Source: Octopus sinensis (Eukaryota). From it: a stretch of 64,000 nt of DNA. The translations under genes and the position numbers were made by a program. The stretch is from NCBI RefSeq assembly GCF_006345805.1, contig NC_042998.1, positions 194,184,001 through 194,248,000 of the forward strand. Direction: 5' to 3'. Below are positions 12,427-26,096 of the stretch, piece by piece (positions within the stretch are counted from its first letter, which is position 1; each line of letters starts with the position of its first letter). The notes beneath the pieces are model-generated. The model was not told the origin of the DNA and made no database searches. It was given only the letters and a program-made list of their open reading frames with translations.

Positions 12427-13424
12427 GCACATACACACACGTACACGCATGTTTAATTACTTTAAGATATTATCTTATTGAAAAGATCATTGGAAGAACA
12501 AACATGCAAGGGGTTTTATACAATTTACGAGTTGTTTCAAAATACCGAACTTTGCCTGAAAGTATAGACAAAACTGAATTCGTCAAATGTCTTCCGCATT
12601 CTCTGTAGGAGACTCCATTCACATAATCCAATATTGTGATGAACAACGCTATCCAATTCATCTCCAAAACATTATATGCCTTCTTTAGAAGATTCCATAT
12701 CATTTGCACATCATATTTCCACAATAATTTCTTTTATTTTTGCCATTCCTGATGAATTGACTGAGACTTTACCATCATCAACATCAACATTATCATTTTC
12801 TTCTTCAAAACTATGACTTCAAATGATCGAAAAGTTGAAGTATCGCTTTATCGATTTTTATAACGTGGGTTTTCTTTAAATGGTAGTTGCTTCAACTTAT
12901 CTACCCAAGTGTTCTGTGAGAAAGTTACCTGCGGTGGAATAAAGACCTTTCGAGGCAGTGATTTAGCTCTCATTTACGTCACATTGCAGACAATGAAAAT
13001 ACGTCTTAAACCATTACATTTCACACCTCTTTGTTCCAGGTTTGGAAATTTGCAGCAAGAGAACGTAACAATGTGAAAAGTTAAGAAATCTCTTGTCATA
13101 GATTTATTGGTTTCATATATTTTTCTGAAATAAAGTTCATCAAACAATCCTACTCTGCATGTTTTTCATCATTCTTGCTAATATCTTTACATTGTAAGTG
13201 TCTTGTGACTGTTAGAAACTTGGATCCATAAAATATATTAGCAGCAAATTGTTGCGGTTGATTTAAGTGAATATGTATCAAAGCGCGATATAAATGTGAC
13301 CCTGTGCCATTAACCGAAATCAATATTGCTAAAAAGTGGTAGGTTGAAAGAATTGAGAGCATCAGACAAAATAACTTTAAATTATTTGTGTGTGTGTGTG
13401 TAGCTTTTATCTTTTGCTTGTTTC

Positions 13425-13625
13425 ATATTTCTTTACTACCCACAAGGGGCTAAACATAGAGTGGACAAACAAGGACAGACAAACGGATTAAGTCGATTAC
13501 ATCGACCCCAGTGCGTAACTGGTACTTATTTAATCGACCCCCGAAAGGATGAAAGGCAAAGTCGGCCTCGGCGGAATTTGAACTCAGAACGTAACGGCAG
13601 ACGAAATACTGCTAAGCATTTTACT
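13425..13625 (-). mobile_element. SINE family A (truncated head)
   Basis: Contains GACCCCCGAAAGGATGAAAGGCAAAGTCGGCCTCGGCGGAATTTGAACTC. Confidence 0.85.
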
Positions 13626-13964
13626 GAACTGCTAAGCTACCGGGACGTAAACAAACCAATGCCGGGCGTCAAGTCTGGTGGGGGACAAACACAGACACAC
13701 ACACACACACGACAGGCTTCTTTCAGTTTCCGTCTATCAGATCCACTCACAAGGCTGTGGTCGGCCCGAAGCTATAGTAGAAGACACTTACCAAGGTGCC
13801 ACGCAGTGGGACCAAATCTGAACCATACGGTTGAGAAGCAAACTTCTTACCACACATTATTTTTAAACTTACACATACAAATACTAAATACCGTACAAGA
13901 TTAATTTGGACTTACGACTTTATATATATATAATAATATATATATATATATATATAAATATATA

Positions 13965-14342
13965 GTGATGTAAATATGCCATTTGAATATGGCTAACCCC
14001 AAGGGGGGATGCTACTGTAGTTTTTAGCCCCAGGAAGACATCTCCTCCAGCTGGCTATTGACACACTTTCTGTGTCCTATCAGTATTTGCAAAGGGAGCC
14101 ATCCTTCCCGTCTTCAACTTATGATACACACGGACCCGAGTTTCAAGGTATTGACCTATCATCAGCGTGTGACAATCACAGTTGTCGATAGGAAGGAGGT
14201 TCTCTTTACAAATACATATACTTTTTCCAAATACATATACTTTTTACAAATACATATACTTTGTTAGCCATATTCAAATGGCATATTTACATCACGATGT
14301 GTTTCTGCTACTGTTGATAACTCACTCTGATATTTATCATTG

Positions 14343-14343
<1 letters not shown>
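13965..14343. mobile_element. Fold-back element in (TA)n with perfect 33-bp inverted arms and an internal hammerhead ribozyme (Penelope-like terminal fragment)
   Basis: GTGATGTAAATATGCCATTTGAATATGGCTAAC (13965-13997) is the exact reverse complement of 14263-14295. A unique tail runs to ~14343, and (TA)n flanks both sides. Confidence 0.75.
14127..14171 (-). ncRNA. Minimal type I hammerhead ribozyme
   Basis: Minus strand reads CACACG-CUGAUGA-U.AGGU[CAAU]ACCU.U-GAAA-C[UCGG]G-UC/CGUGUG: 6-bp stem I, 4-bp stem II, 2-bp stem III, GUC cleavage triplet. Confidence 0.8.
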
Positions 14344-14380
<37 letters not shown>

Positions 14381-14474
14381 TTATTTATTTATAACAAAAT
14401 ATTTTTTTAAATCACTTACACGTCAACTTAAACTGTATTAAGTAATTCTCATACACTTTCAATATCTATATCTA

Positions 14475-14533
<59 letters not shown>

Positions 14534-15032
14534 TAATATATATATATATATATTGGCCACCTGATTTCAACATCAGTTATGTTGCATGTTACTGGATTTA
14601 CTTCAAGAATCCTTGGTGTCCATGGAGTTCATATAAATTGATCAGAGACAGAGAATGAATTCCCGGAGCTTTTTTTTTTTTTTTATATCATGTACGCTTC
14701 ATGTTTTATGTTCTTATTTGTCTATATTTTTTTTCAGTCTATTTCATTGAACTACTTTTTTTGAAGAGGAGCCTGTCTTCTCTCAAATTTTTTATGAATA
14801 CTGTTTGAATGTAGCTGACTTCCTAAAAATATATCTTAATAGAGCTGGGTGAAATGAAGAGAAGCAAGAGCGAGGTACTTGTTTTAAAAAATCGCCTGAA
14901 GAGACGCAGTCGGCGCTTGTGAGGCTAAACAATTGTGCAGCAATTCACAATTGGAATACAGTTGCAGAATGAGTCGAAACAGTTGTAGTGGATTTGAATA
15001 TATAATCTCGTGAATTCTATTTTCTGTCTCTG

Positions 15033-15079
<47 letters not shown>

Positions 15080-15490
15080 CGCGCGCTCATGATTTTTTTT
15101 TATAACCTGAAATTGAAAGTTTACCCCACGACTCGAGTTTCATGCCAATGCGATCTGCAGTTGAGAATTGTTACAACTTAGTACTGATTGTGTATTTATG
15201 TCCTTTGATATGTTAGTATTGTCCAGTGCTTGTGTTTGTTCATCGGTTTCCTATTTAGTATTTATTGATTTACTGAGGTTTTTTTCTAGCCTCTTCATTG
15301 CTTGTTTTTTGGTATTTTTCGTGATTTAGTGCTTGTATTTCTTCTAATTGTAGGGAGGAGGAAAATGTTATTAATTTGTTTAGGATTTGTTTGTAGGGTG
15401 TGTGTGTATGATGGGGAGGGTGTTGTTAACACGAAGATTTATGAGTGGATTTGCAGTAAAACTAATTAAGTGTATATCTATCTATCTAAT

Positions 15491-15524
<34 letters not shown>

Positions 15525-15527
15525 AAA

Positions 15528-15794
15528 CTTATAAAATAAGGGTAAAAAAAAATTCTAATACCAAATAGCCGAAAAAGACAAAATTGTCAATAACCATTAT
15601 AATTTATCGTCTTGAACGCATAAATTATAATGGTTATTAACATTTTTGTCTTTTTTCGGCATATTTGGCATTAGAATTTTCTTTTTCTTTTGCCCTTATT
15701 TTATAAGTTATTTATAAATTTAACCTTTAAAGGTATTTTTTGATATGCTGGCCATTGATAAAATATTTTCGAAAAGAATTTTATCCTACATTAG

Positions 15795-15795
<1 letters not shown>
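15528..15795. mobile_element. Fold-back element in (TA)n (~80-88-bp imperfect arms, 12-nt loop, unique tail)
   Basis: 15528-15607 pairs with 15620-15707. The tail 15708-15795 is also present as a truncated copy at ~7240-7335. Confidence 0.8.
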
Positions 15796-15847
<52 letters not shown>

Positions 15848-16300
15848 ATATATTGTGAGTAGTTGTTGCCCTGGTGATTGGTACTTTCATGGCAGAGGGA
15901 TTTAAGGATGCTGTTTTGTGAATAAAAACATCTGCTTATTTATTTTTGTTGTTGGTAATGGAATTTCGTTTTCTTGTTTTAAAAAGATGTGTGTGTGTGT
16001 GTTTCTTAAGAATTTTGTATATGCACATATGTAAAAACGTTTGTGCGTGTACGTGTGGGAGAATGTGTGGTCATCCGGCTTTGGTATGCTTTTCTGTATG
16101 GCTGAGATGGGTGCTTGTTATTTTGTTAGTGGTCGCAGAACATAATATAAAAATGAAGATATGTGTGTGAGATTATGAGTTTCTTTAGGGAAAGGTATAT
16201 TTAAGGTATATTTTAAGTGGTTGGTGTTAGCTGTGGAATTAATTAAGAACATGTTTGTTGTGGATAGATATATCTTTCGTGAATGGTATTTTCATGACAA

Positions 16301-16532
16301 GGCGGCGAGCTGGTAGAAACTTTAGCACGCCGGGCGAAATGCTTAGCGGTATTTCGTCTGCCGTAACGTTGTGAGTTCAAATTCCGCCAAGGTCGACTTT
16401 GCCTTTCATCCTTTCGGGGTCAGTTAAATAAGTATCAGTTACGCACTGGGATCGATATAATCGACTTAATCCCTTTGTCTGTCCTTGTTTGTCCCCTCTG
16501 TGTTTAGCCCCTTGTGGGGTAGTAAAGAAACA
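16301..16532 (+). mobile_element. SINE family A, single module, with 13-bp TSD
   Basis: GGTATTTTCATGA at 16285-16297 and 16533-16545. Confidence 0.92.
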
Positions 16533-18121
16533 GGTATTTTCATGAGCTAGATGTTTTCAGCGTTTTTAAAGATTTATTGACGGGCTGTCTTTGTAAGAAT
16601 GTAATGAATTAACGACTACGTTTTTTTTTTCTTTTCTCGCTTGAAGATTACAATCGTGTAAAATCCGAGTCACGAGAAAAACTCAGTTTCAGTTAGCACA
16701 CGCAAATACTAAATGCCAAAGAAGATAAATTTGAACTCAAGAATTTTGTCCTACGTTTTAATGATCTGGTTAAGTTATAGGCGGTGGGTAACAAATATTG
16801 ATAGATGGAGATTATAATAAATTAAATCATCCTCCAGTGATTGGTTGGTATTTATTTTATTTGACCTGGAAGTAAGAAAAATAAGTTTACTCCTACCGCA
16901 ATGGAATTAGACCATAGAACGTAAATACCGGTAAATTTTTCGATCAGCGTTCGACCAAATGAATTGTCCGCCATCTTTTTCCTGACTTTTGAAAATATAA
17001 ACATCCATACTTCGATCAGTTATGGATCAGTCATTAAAAAATATTTAATGTGATTGTTTTAAGTTGTTATTTAACCGAGGTCACCCTGATGGAGCGGTCG
17101 AAACAATGATCAAATGTATTCCGGCAATGATGACCTCATCTTTGTTACGAGTGCTCATTGTACTTTTCTTTTTTAATAAAACAGGATGTGATCTAGGGAA
17201 ATTCTTCATCTATTTCTAGCAGATTAAATGACTGTGTAGAGCAGTGCTTTGCCAAACTTTTTGCTGGAGCGGAACCCCAATGAAACATTCCACTGGCTCG
17301 AGGAACCCCTGTGCAATAATTTAATAGTCTTATGCACACATATCTGCACAGGAGAATTAAAAATTACTGCCGATTTTAGCAGTTTTGTATGCATGCATGT
17401 ATGTATGTATGCATGTATGTATGTATGTATGAATGTATGTATGCATGCATGTATGTATGTATGCATATATGTATGTATGCATGTAAGTGTGTGTGTGTAT
17501 GTATGTATGTATGTGCATGTGTGTATACAAACAAACACACACACACGCACACACACACACACGTACATATTACCTCAATTTGTGACACAAAACACTTTAT
17601 TGTTCAGACTCAAACGTGAGAAGCGTTCTTTTGACACTGTTTACCCAGGTAGGTTTACAAGGGAAGATGTCCTTAACACTGTCACGTGGTCATGTGTTTT
17701 GCAGCTGTTATTGACCTTATAATTTATTACCATTTATTCCAACTGCGAAAATATGACACTTTGTATCACGCACGCGTGTGCGCGCACTTATGTGTGTGTG
17801 TACGTGTGTGTGTGTGTGTACGTATGTGTGCGTGTGCGTGTGTGTGTGTGTGTGTGCGTGTGTCTGTCTGTCTGCATGTGAGTGCATTATACTATTCTGT
17901 TATTCTTTTCCTTGTTCCAGTCATTGGACTACGGCCAAGCTGGGGCACCGCTTTCAAGAGTTTAGTCAATTATACCAATGTGTTTTAGTCTGGAACTTAC
18001 TGTATCGGTCTCTTTTTATCCAACTACTAAGTTATGAGGTCGTAAACTCACAAACACCGGTTCTGAAATGTGAATGACAAAGAAAAAACACGCACAAACA
18101 CACACACATACACATATATAC

Positions 18122-18153
<32 letters not shown>

Positions 18154-18404
18154 TTGTGTGTGTGTATGTGTGTGTGTGTGTACATGACAGTTTTCGTCTA
18201 CCAAAGTTACACTTGCCCAATGTGCCGCACAGTAGGACAAAATCCAAAACCACGTGATAGCGAAATAAATTTCTTAACTACCCACGCTCATCTCTATCTC
18301 TTTTTTTACTGAGCGTCAAACGAATACATTCCTTGTGCACGTCCTCTAGTTTGTTATTGTTAATTTTAGCGTTCTTTTATTTGATTCTAATATATATGTG
18401 CGTG

Positions 18405-19069
<665 letters not shown>

Positions 19070-19070
<1 letters not shown>

Positions 19071-20129
19071 AGATAAAACCACTATTATGCAACTCAAACA
19101 GTGATAGACATAAACCAATATATATATAATTTTTTTAAATAAATATATAACTTATAACTAGATCTCAAAAAGTATAAAGTGAATGATAAATATATAATAT
19201 AATACTTAAAAACACTACGTACGTTTCATGACTACAATTAAATTCGAATTACATTTAAGTTTAAATTCAATTTAAAAATATAGTCAATCTTCAGGTTAAT
19301 AATAATAGTTAAATAAATAAGCAAATAGAGTTAAACAATATTTATTTAAGAAATAAATAAATAATAATTTTTCTTATAGAAAAAACTCCATTAACTAAAT
19401 TATAAACTTAAAACATTATGATTATTTCCTACAACACATTTATTATGTTAACTATTTAATTTTTAATTTTTAAGGTAACAAAAATAGATAGAAATATGTA
19501 TTTATCTTTGAAGATATAATCTGGCTTTAAAAAACATAATAAACTATCGAATATCTTTAACTCAGTTATACTCCAATATTTAATTACCAAATTATTTAAC
19601 AAAATAATCACTATTAATATTTTTAGATTTAAGTTCACATCTAATAATTAAAATAATAAATGCATAAAAATAAGTATCTAAATTATAATCAGCAAATATA
19701 GTAATTAAAAATCTAAAATTTTCTCTATCAATAAATATATAGACATATAACCAAAAATAAATAAATTAATTAATTAGTCCATTATTACTTACATAAATAT
19801 TATAAATATCTATAGAATATATTTATGAAATACAATTTAAAAATTAAAAACTAAAAATTAAAAATCAAATTAAAAACGTATAACCTGTGTTAAAAGAACC
19901 GTATCACTATTTTACGATCTATATACCACAGTGACTAAGTAATATCTTACAATTTACGTACAGTTATAAGTATATACTAAAATTAAATATACATATCTAA
20001 ATTATCATCAACTACTAAAATAATTATAGATTCAAATTAACAATCAATAGTTATAGAATATAATACAATACAATAAAATTTCTTAAATAAAAAAAGTTTA
20101 CTTAACTCTCGAAAACCGTGTCATTAACT

Positions 20130-20130
<1 letters not shown>
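19070..20130 (+). mobile_element. Highly degenerate, G-depleted Penelope-like element relic
   Basis: Hammerhead motif at the left end. Near 19938-19970 the + frame reads SNILQFTYSYKY, which becomes QFTCSC (as in the GIY-YIG motif SNVVYQFTCSC) if TAC/TAT are restored to TGC/TGT. All frames are broken by stops. Confidence 0.5.
19211..19296 (-). ncRNA. Hammerhead-ribozyme motif (degenerate stem I)
   Basis: Minus strand: CUGAAGA (19294-19288), 8-bp stem II UGACUAUA/UGUAGUCA, GAAA (19227-19224), palindromic ACGUACGU stem III, GUA cleavage triplet. Stem I is only 2 bp. Confidence 0.6.
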
Positions 20131-20180
<50 letters not shown>

Positions 20181-20262
20181 CATATATATATATACATATA
20201 TATATATACATATATATATATACTATATATATACATATATATATATACATATATATATATAC

Positions 20263-20294
<32 letters not shown>

Positions 20295-20296
20295 TA

Positions 20297-20341
<45 letters not shown>

Positions 20342-20349
20342 TAATATAC

Positions 20350-20392
<43 letters not shown>

Positions 20393-20604
20393 CATGTCCA
20401 CAGACACGTGTACCCTTAAAACTTGACTCTAAAACCACATTAATGTTCATACAGCACCAGGAGAGAAGACAAAAGGACAAAATAAACTAGCAAGAGTGAT
20501 ATTATTTTTTGTTCTTTACATTCCAGTGATAGAGTTTGGGATCTCTGTTAGAAGGCAGCTCTTTTTTCAGAGGATTATATACATAGAGTTGTGGTGAAAG
20601 AGTA

Positions 20605-20716
20605 GAGCTTTAGGTGTTTTCGCTCAATAAACATTCACAATGCCCGGTCTGGGAATCGAAACCGCGATTCTATGACCGCGAGTCCGCTGCCCTAATCACC
20701 GGGCCATTGTACCTCC
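20605..20716 (-). mobile_element. SINE family B, tRNA-like head only
   Basis: Reverse complement of GGAGG..CAATGGCCCGGTG..GGTTTCGATTCCCAGACCGGG. Confidence 0.85.
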
Positions 20717-22029
20717 ACGTTAGGGAGAGTAAGAAAAAGAGGAAAAGCATACATAAATGTGTGTGTATGCGCGTGCTTAATACATACATACACAATTACT
20801 TAACAGGATGTAAACGGGTTATAAAGTGATACGTCTCTCATGTTTGAGAAAGGACCACACCTTATAATTTATGTATATTTACGTGTTTACGCATCTATGT
20901 ATATAATTCTGTATGAATGCAAGACTTGTGTGAGTATGCCCCATGGAGAACCAACTTACATCTGTTCAAGAGAAATATTTACAAAGTCGATTTCAGTGGT
21001 GTTGAAAGTCCCACGAAGGTCATAGATACATCCTCTATTAGACTAGACCAATTATAAGAACTGCAAAAATATTTGCACAACATATATATAATTGCGAGAG
21101 TTATAGAAGAGAATGTTGTCAGAGACATAGGTATGACTGTGTAGTTAAGAAGTTCACTTCGCAACCCCGTGGTTTCAAGTTCAGTCCCACTTGGCGGCTC
21201 CTTGGGCAAGTGTCATCTGCTATATCCCCGGCCGACCAATGCTTCGTTCTTTATCTCCAAATAATCAAATAGTCTTTTCCTTAATGGCATGGCAGTTTGG
21301 GAGAAATTCCCCATATTTTAAGATTATCTCGTCTCATTTGCAGTGGGTGGCAAATACCACAATGCATTCGGTCGAAGGGAAGATAATTTCAGAAAATCAA
21401 GAATTTATCGCATATTGTTTTTATTAAATTTGTATACAGCCATCCATAGCCATCACTCTCCAGCGAGTATGATCTATTAGCACGGACCTTGCTTTTGCTC
21501 ATTGCCTTAGATGTCTATGTAGTCTTGAGTAAATATAGAAACCTGCTAGACCCTCTCATCCCTTGACTCAATGAAACATCAAAGCTGTAAGAACTGTAGA
21601 GAAAGAGAACGGCATCAGCACTAGGTCGGTACTCATTTTCAGTTGAGTAAACCTATGTATGTATGTATGTATGTATGTATGTATGTATGTATGTATGTAT
21701 GTATGTATGTATGTACGTACGTACGCACGTATGTACGTACGTATGTATGTACGTATGCATGCATGTATGTATGTATGTATGTAATTCTCTGAAAAAAAGA
21801 GCTGCCTTCTAACAAAGATCCCAAACTCTATCGCTGGAATGTAAAGAACAAAAAATAATATCACATTTTAAACTTTAGGAAAGTCTTATATATTTTTACT
21901 GTATTGCTAATGTGCGCCTTAGTTTGAATTTTCAGTAAAAGAAATCAACAAACTTGTCCAGGTTGTTGCTTAGGCATTTGCTCACAAAGCCAAGTGCATC
22001 AATTACTATTCGTATAAATGTGAATTTAT

Positions 22030-22330
22030 AATCTAGATAGAGAAGCAGTTGTAACTCTTTCTCTTTGATTTCAAAAAGATATTCATATCAACAGAAGCGC
22101 TAGCCTCTATGGCGGTACATACTTTTTCTTGTTTATCCCAAATAACATTATCCAGCCCGTTATGCTTACACTTGATAGATGTTTTGATGGGGATGTTCCA
22201 CCAGTATTCCTTGTGTTGGTGTTTGTGTATGTATTTAATAGCAGGGGGATTCTCTATTTCAGCATAAAAGAGGCCATGTCTTTCCAGCCAGCTTGTCCGA
22301 AGCACCGTTAATATTGCCTGGTGCAATGAT
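22030..22330 (-). mobile_element. R4/Dong-type RLE retrotransposon fragment
   Basis: Track ORF contains EYWWNIPIKTSIKCKHNGLDNVIWDKQEKVCTAIE, homologous to 39258-40030. Confidence 0.65.
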
Positions 22331-22748
22331 CGGCGCGAAACAGAGAGAGAGAGAGACAGACAGCGAAACAGGGGTATATATATGACTCAGGTTCTGAATA
22401 TCAATAATAGGAGGATCGGAGAAGTAACTCGGGAGAGTGTTCTGCGCAATAAGTATACGGTTGGATCTCACATATGTATTATAGTTATTTGAAAAACTTC
22501 GGAGTAACAGAACCTATAACCACCTCAGCATGTATGAAAAATTGGAGCGAAAGAGTACAATAACCACCTCAGCATGTATGAAAAATTCTAAAAACTAAGC
22601 AAGGGGAGTAACTTCAATAAAATCAATATAAAATATACTAACATATGCATTGTCTATATTTTCAGTAGAAAATATTAAAATCATCTCCCTTGTTGTTTTT
22701 TTTAGCTTATTTTAAACACGACCCGTACTCACCCAGAGGAATAATTTC

Positions 22749-23917
22749 GGATCTTTTCTATTTTGAGGCCAGTTTTTTCAAATTTTTCCTACTGAATCAA
22801 ACAATTTGAAACTTCGTATACTGGTAGAATGTGACAAAAGTAAACTTAATTGTAAACCAGAATGAAAACGGAATTGTAACTTCTAAGTTTAACGTTGTTT
22901 AATAATTAGAATTTTAACCAATGATATTCCGTCATTCGGCTTTATTTTATTTACTCCGTCTCGACCACCAATTCGTGACGTATTTAACATCTTAAATGTA
23001 AACAAGTCAGCCACCTTCTAATAACAATATTTAAAACTAGTTAATAAGCCACATGTATTAAATTGAAAATGTTTCCATTCTGTATGTCTGCATGTATGTG
23101 TGTGTGTATGTATGTGTAAGTATGTGTGTGTTGTATGTATGTGGTGTGTGTATGTATGTGTATGTATAGCCGATTCATCGTAATCGTAATTACGATGAAT
23201 TGGCCATACATACATAGATACATACACACACACACATACATGCAGACATACATATACACACTACACCGAGTAAAAAATTTCAGTTCTCTCTCTTTCACAC
23301 ATTACTCTCTCTGTCTCTTCACACACACTAACAGAAGCACTTCACTTACACAACATACTGTCTCCCACCCCCATCAAACACACACACACACACACACACA
23401 TGTACATCAATGCTTCCCCTAGACGGTAACTTCAAAGACAAACTTCCCTCGTCATAAAATCGCTTCCTCTTAGTCTCTTTCGCTCTCATTACTTATGTAA
23501 AAAAATAAAAGTTTTTTACGGAAATCGACGGAAAACTGTGCTACGACAAGCGAACTTCGCCGAAATTTAATATTAAAAAAGCAAAGAGCTGGCAAGAAAC
23601 GTTAGCACGCCGGGCGAAATGCGTAGCCGTATTTCGTCTGCCGTGTTTGTTTACAGTTTTCCGAACGTTAGTACGTCACAAAAGCGCTTTCTACGTCACA
23701 CTAATAGAATGCAGTCAAGTTTTACACATGAAAACAAACAATCTGATTGGTTAAAATTCGCAGTTTTAATCTACGATTAAAGTCATAAAATAGATTTTTC
23801 TCAAATAAACTAGTTCCACCTGTGTCTTGTTTTGCTAGACTCTATCAGCATACGAAGTTCAGATTATTTAGTTAAGTAGAAAGATCTGTGGTCCTGGCTT
23901 CAGAATAGAAAAGATCC
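22749..23917. mobile_element. MITE with GGATCTTTTCTATT termini and 8-bp TSD (Merlin-like), interior invaded by microsatellites and a SINE head
   Basis: TIR GGATCTTTTCTATTTTGAGGCCAG versus the reverse complement of CTGGCTTCAGAATAGAAAAGATCC. ATAATTTC at 22741-22748 and 23918-23925. Confidence 0.7.
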
Positions 23918-24136
23918 ATAATTTCAGTTAATCCCCGTTTTTCAGTCAACTATATTTCATATGTGACACCTTGAAGTATTTGTCTTTAGTATGCAGAACA
24001 TTTCGTTGCAGTACATTCCCTCAGTCATATCATTGCTTAATGTGAGCCAAACACTAATAAATACAAATGCGCACACGCGCACGACTTTGTGCGCATGTGT
24101 TTAAATTCATGCCGCTAGCGTTTGACAGCTGTAGCA

Positions 24137-24505
24137 GTGGAGGCGCAATGGCCCAGTGGTTAGGGTAGCGGACTCGCGATCGGAGGATCGCGGTTTCGAT
24201 TCCCAGGCCGGGCGTTGTGTGTGTTTATTGAGCGAAAACATCTAAAGTTCCACGAGGCTCCGGCAGGGTATGGTGGCGACCCCTGTTGTACTCTTTCGCT
24301 CCAACTTTCTCTCACTCTTTCTTCCTGTTTCTTGTCCCCAACCTCCTACGCAACCGCTGAGCCTGGATGCGCATTCATCCATCCGCCGATGCTCTTGGTG
24401 TCGGGATTTGACCTGCTTTCTCTCCTGCGGGTCTTACGAATAGCAAAGGACCACGTTTCGGACTTCTCCTATCCTGCGAGCTCTGGGACGAAGACCGTTC
24501 GCGCA
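24137..24505 (+). mobile_element. tRNA-derived SINE family B, full length, 12-bp TSD
   Basis: A box TGGCCCAGTGG and B box GGTTTCGATTCCC. ACAGCTGTAGCA at 24125-24136 and 24506-24517. Confidence 0.92.
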
Positions 24506-24962
24506 ACAGCTGTAGCAATACGAGTGTAAATGCAGAAGTATGTATGAGTTTTGTTTTTGCCGATAAAGTGTGCTTGCGCACGTGGTCCTGTTTGAGAATG
24601 TTATGTGCGCACGCGTGCACGAGTAGAGAGAGTTCGTGTTTGCTAATGTGTATTAAACGTGAATTCTGAATGGAAAAGTTATCAGGTGTTGCTTTACCGA
24701 TCTACACACCACACACACACCCACCCACCCACACACACACACACACACCACACACACACACACATGAAAGTGAGAAATTTCACTACAGAACCTGGTCCAG
24801 CACGAAATACATGTTTTTAAAAAACGATAACCCAGATACCATTTAAGTGAAAAACAATTAAGTTAATGGTAACATATTTAATACATAAACAGTTTTAAAA
24901 TGCTAACTAGAAATAAACATGCGAGGAAAGAGAGAGACAGAGACAGACAGACAGAGACTGAC

Positions 24963-25017
<55 letters not shown>

Positions 25018-25440
25018 AGAAGGCATATGAATAAATGACTTGATAATCTTTAATTTTCTGTGCATGAGACAACTCCGAAGGTAAATGTTTCGGTTTATTT
25101 GGACATTATCGGTGAAGCAGAGTTTTCACAGGAGTTCAAGAACAAAACAACAATAACAATAATCCTTTCTACTAAAAGCACAAGGCCTGAAATTTTGGGG
25201 GATTACATCGACCTCAGTATTTCACTGGTACATCACGAAAGGATGAAAGGCAAAGTTTGAACTCGGCGAAATTTGAACTCAGAACGCAGCGACGGGCGAA
25301 ACACCGCTAAACATTTCGTCCAGCGTGCTAACAATTCTGCCAGCACACCGCCGTAGTGTATTAATAGTAAATAATATACAACAACAACAACAACAATAAT
25401 AATAAAAATAGATTTAAATAATAATAATAATAATAATAAT

Positions 25441-26096
25441 AGATTTGAAAAATAATTTTTTGTTACTAAACACTTTCAAACTTCGTACACTGGTAGAATG
25501 TGTCATATAAAACATCTTTTACTCTTTGCATTTTTGAGAAAAACTTATATTTACAAAGTTATTTCACGTTAAAGTAGTCCTGTTTCGGTAATTTCAACCA
25601 ATCAGTGACGTGTATTCTGCTGAAAAAAATTACTGCCGTTGTTTGTCAGCAACAACTATCGGCGGGGTATTTTTCGTTTGTCACTGTTACTCATGACATC
25701 GTTCGTGCGTTTGCACTGGTTTTAGCTTTAAGATTTTAGGGTTAGGGTTAGGGCTTTATGGTTAGGGCTTTAGGGTTAAGGTTAGGGTTATAGGGTTAGG
25801 GTTAGGGTTTTAGGGTTAGGGTTGTCATAAATAACAGTGACAAACGAAATATACACCGTTAGAAGTTCTTGTTGACAAACAACGGTAGTAATTTTATTCA
25901 GCTGAATACACGTCATTGATTGGTTGAAATTACCGAAATAGGACAACTTTAACGTGAAATAACTTCGTAAATATAAGTTTTTCTCAAAAATGCTAAGAGT
26001 AAAAGATGTTTTATATGACACATTCTACCAGTATACGAAGTTTGAAAGTGTTTAGTTACAAAAAATTATTTTAAAAATCTGTCGGTCAAAAGGTCC
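25441..26096. mobile_element. MITE with ~260-bp inverted arms and central (TTAGGG)n-like tract
   Basis: 25441-~25700 is the reverse complement of ~25825-26080. TTAGGG repeats lie at ~25736-25822. The right terminus reads GGACCTTTTG on the minus strand; the left terminus is lost in (AAT)n. Confidence 0.85.

Noticed and set aside
24137-24215. tRNA gene candidates (also 20640, 30070, 33130, 52091, 59368)
   Set aside because: A and B boxes are present, but there is no closed acceptor stem or T-run terminator, and they continue into SINE bodies flanked by TSDs.
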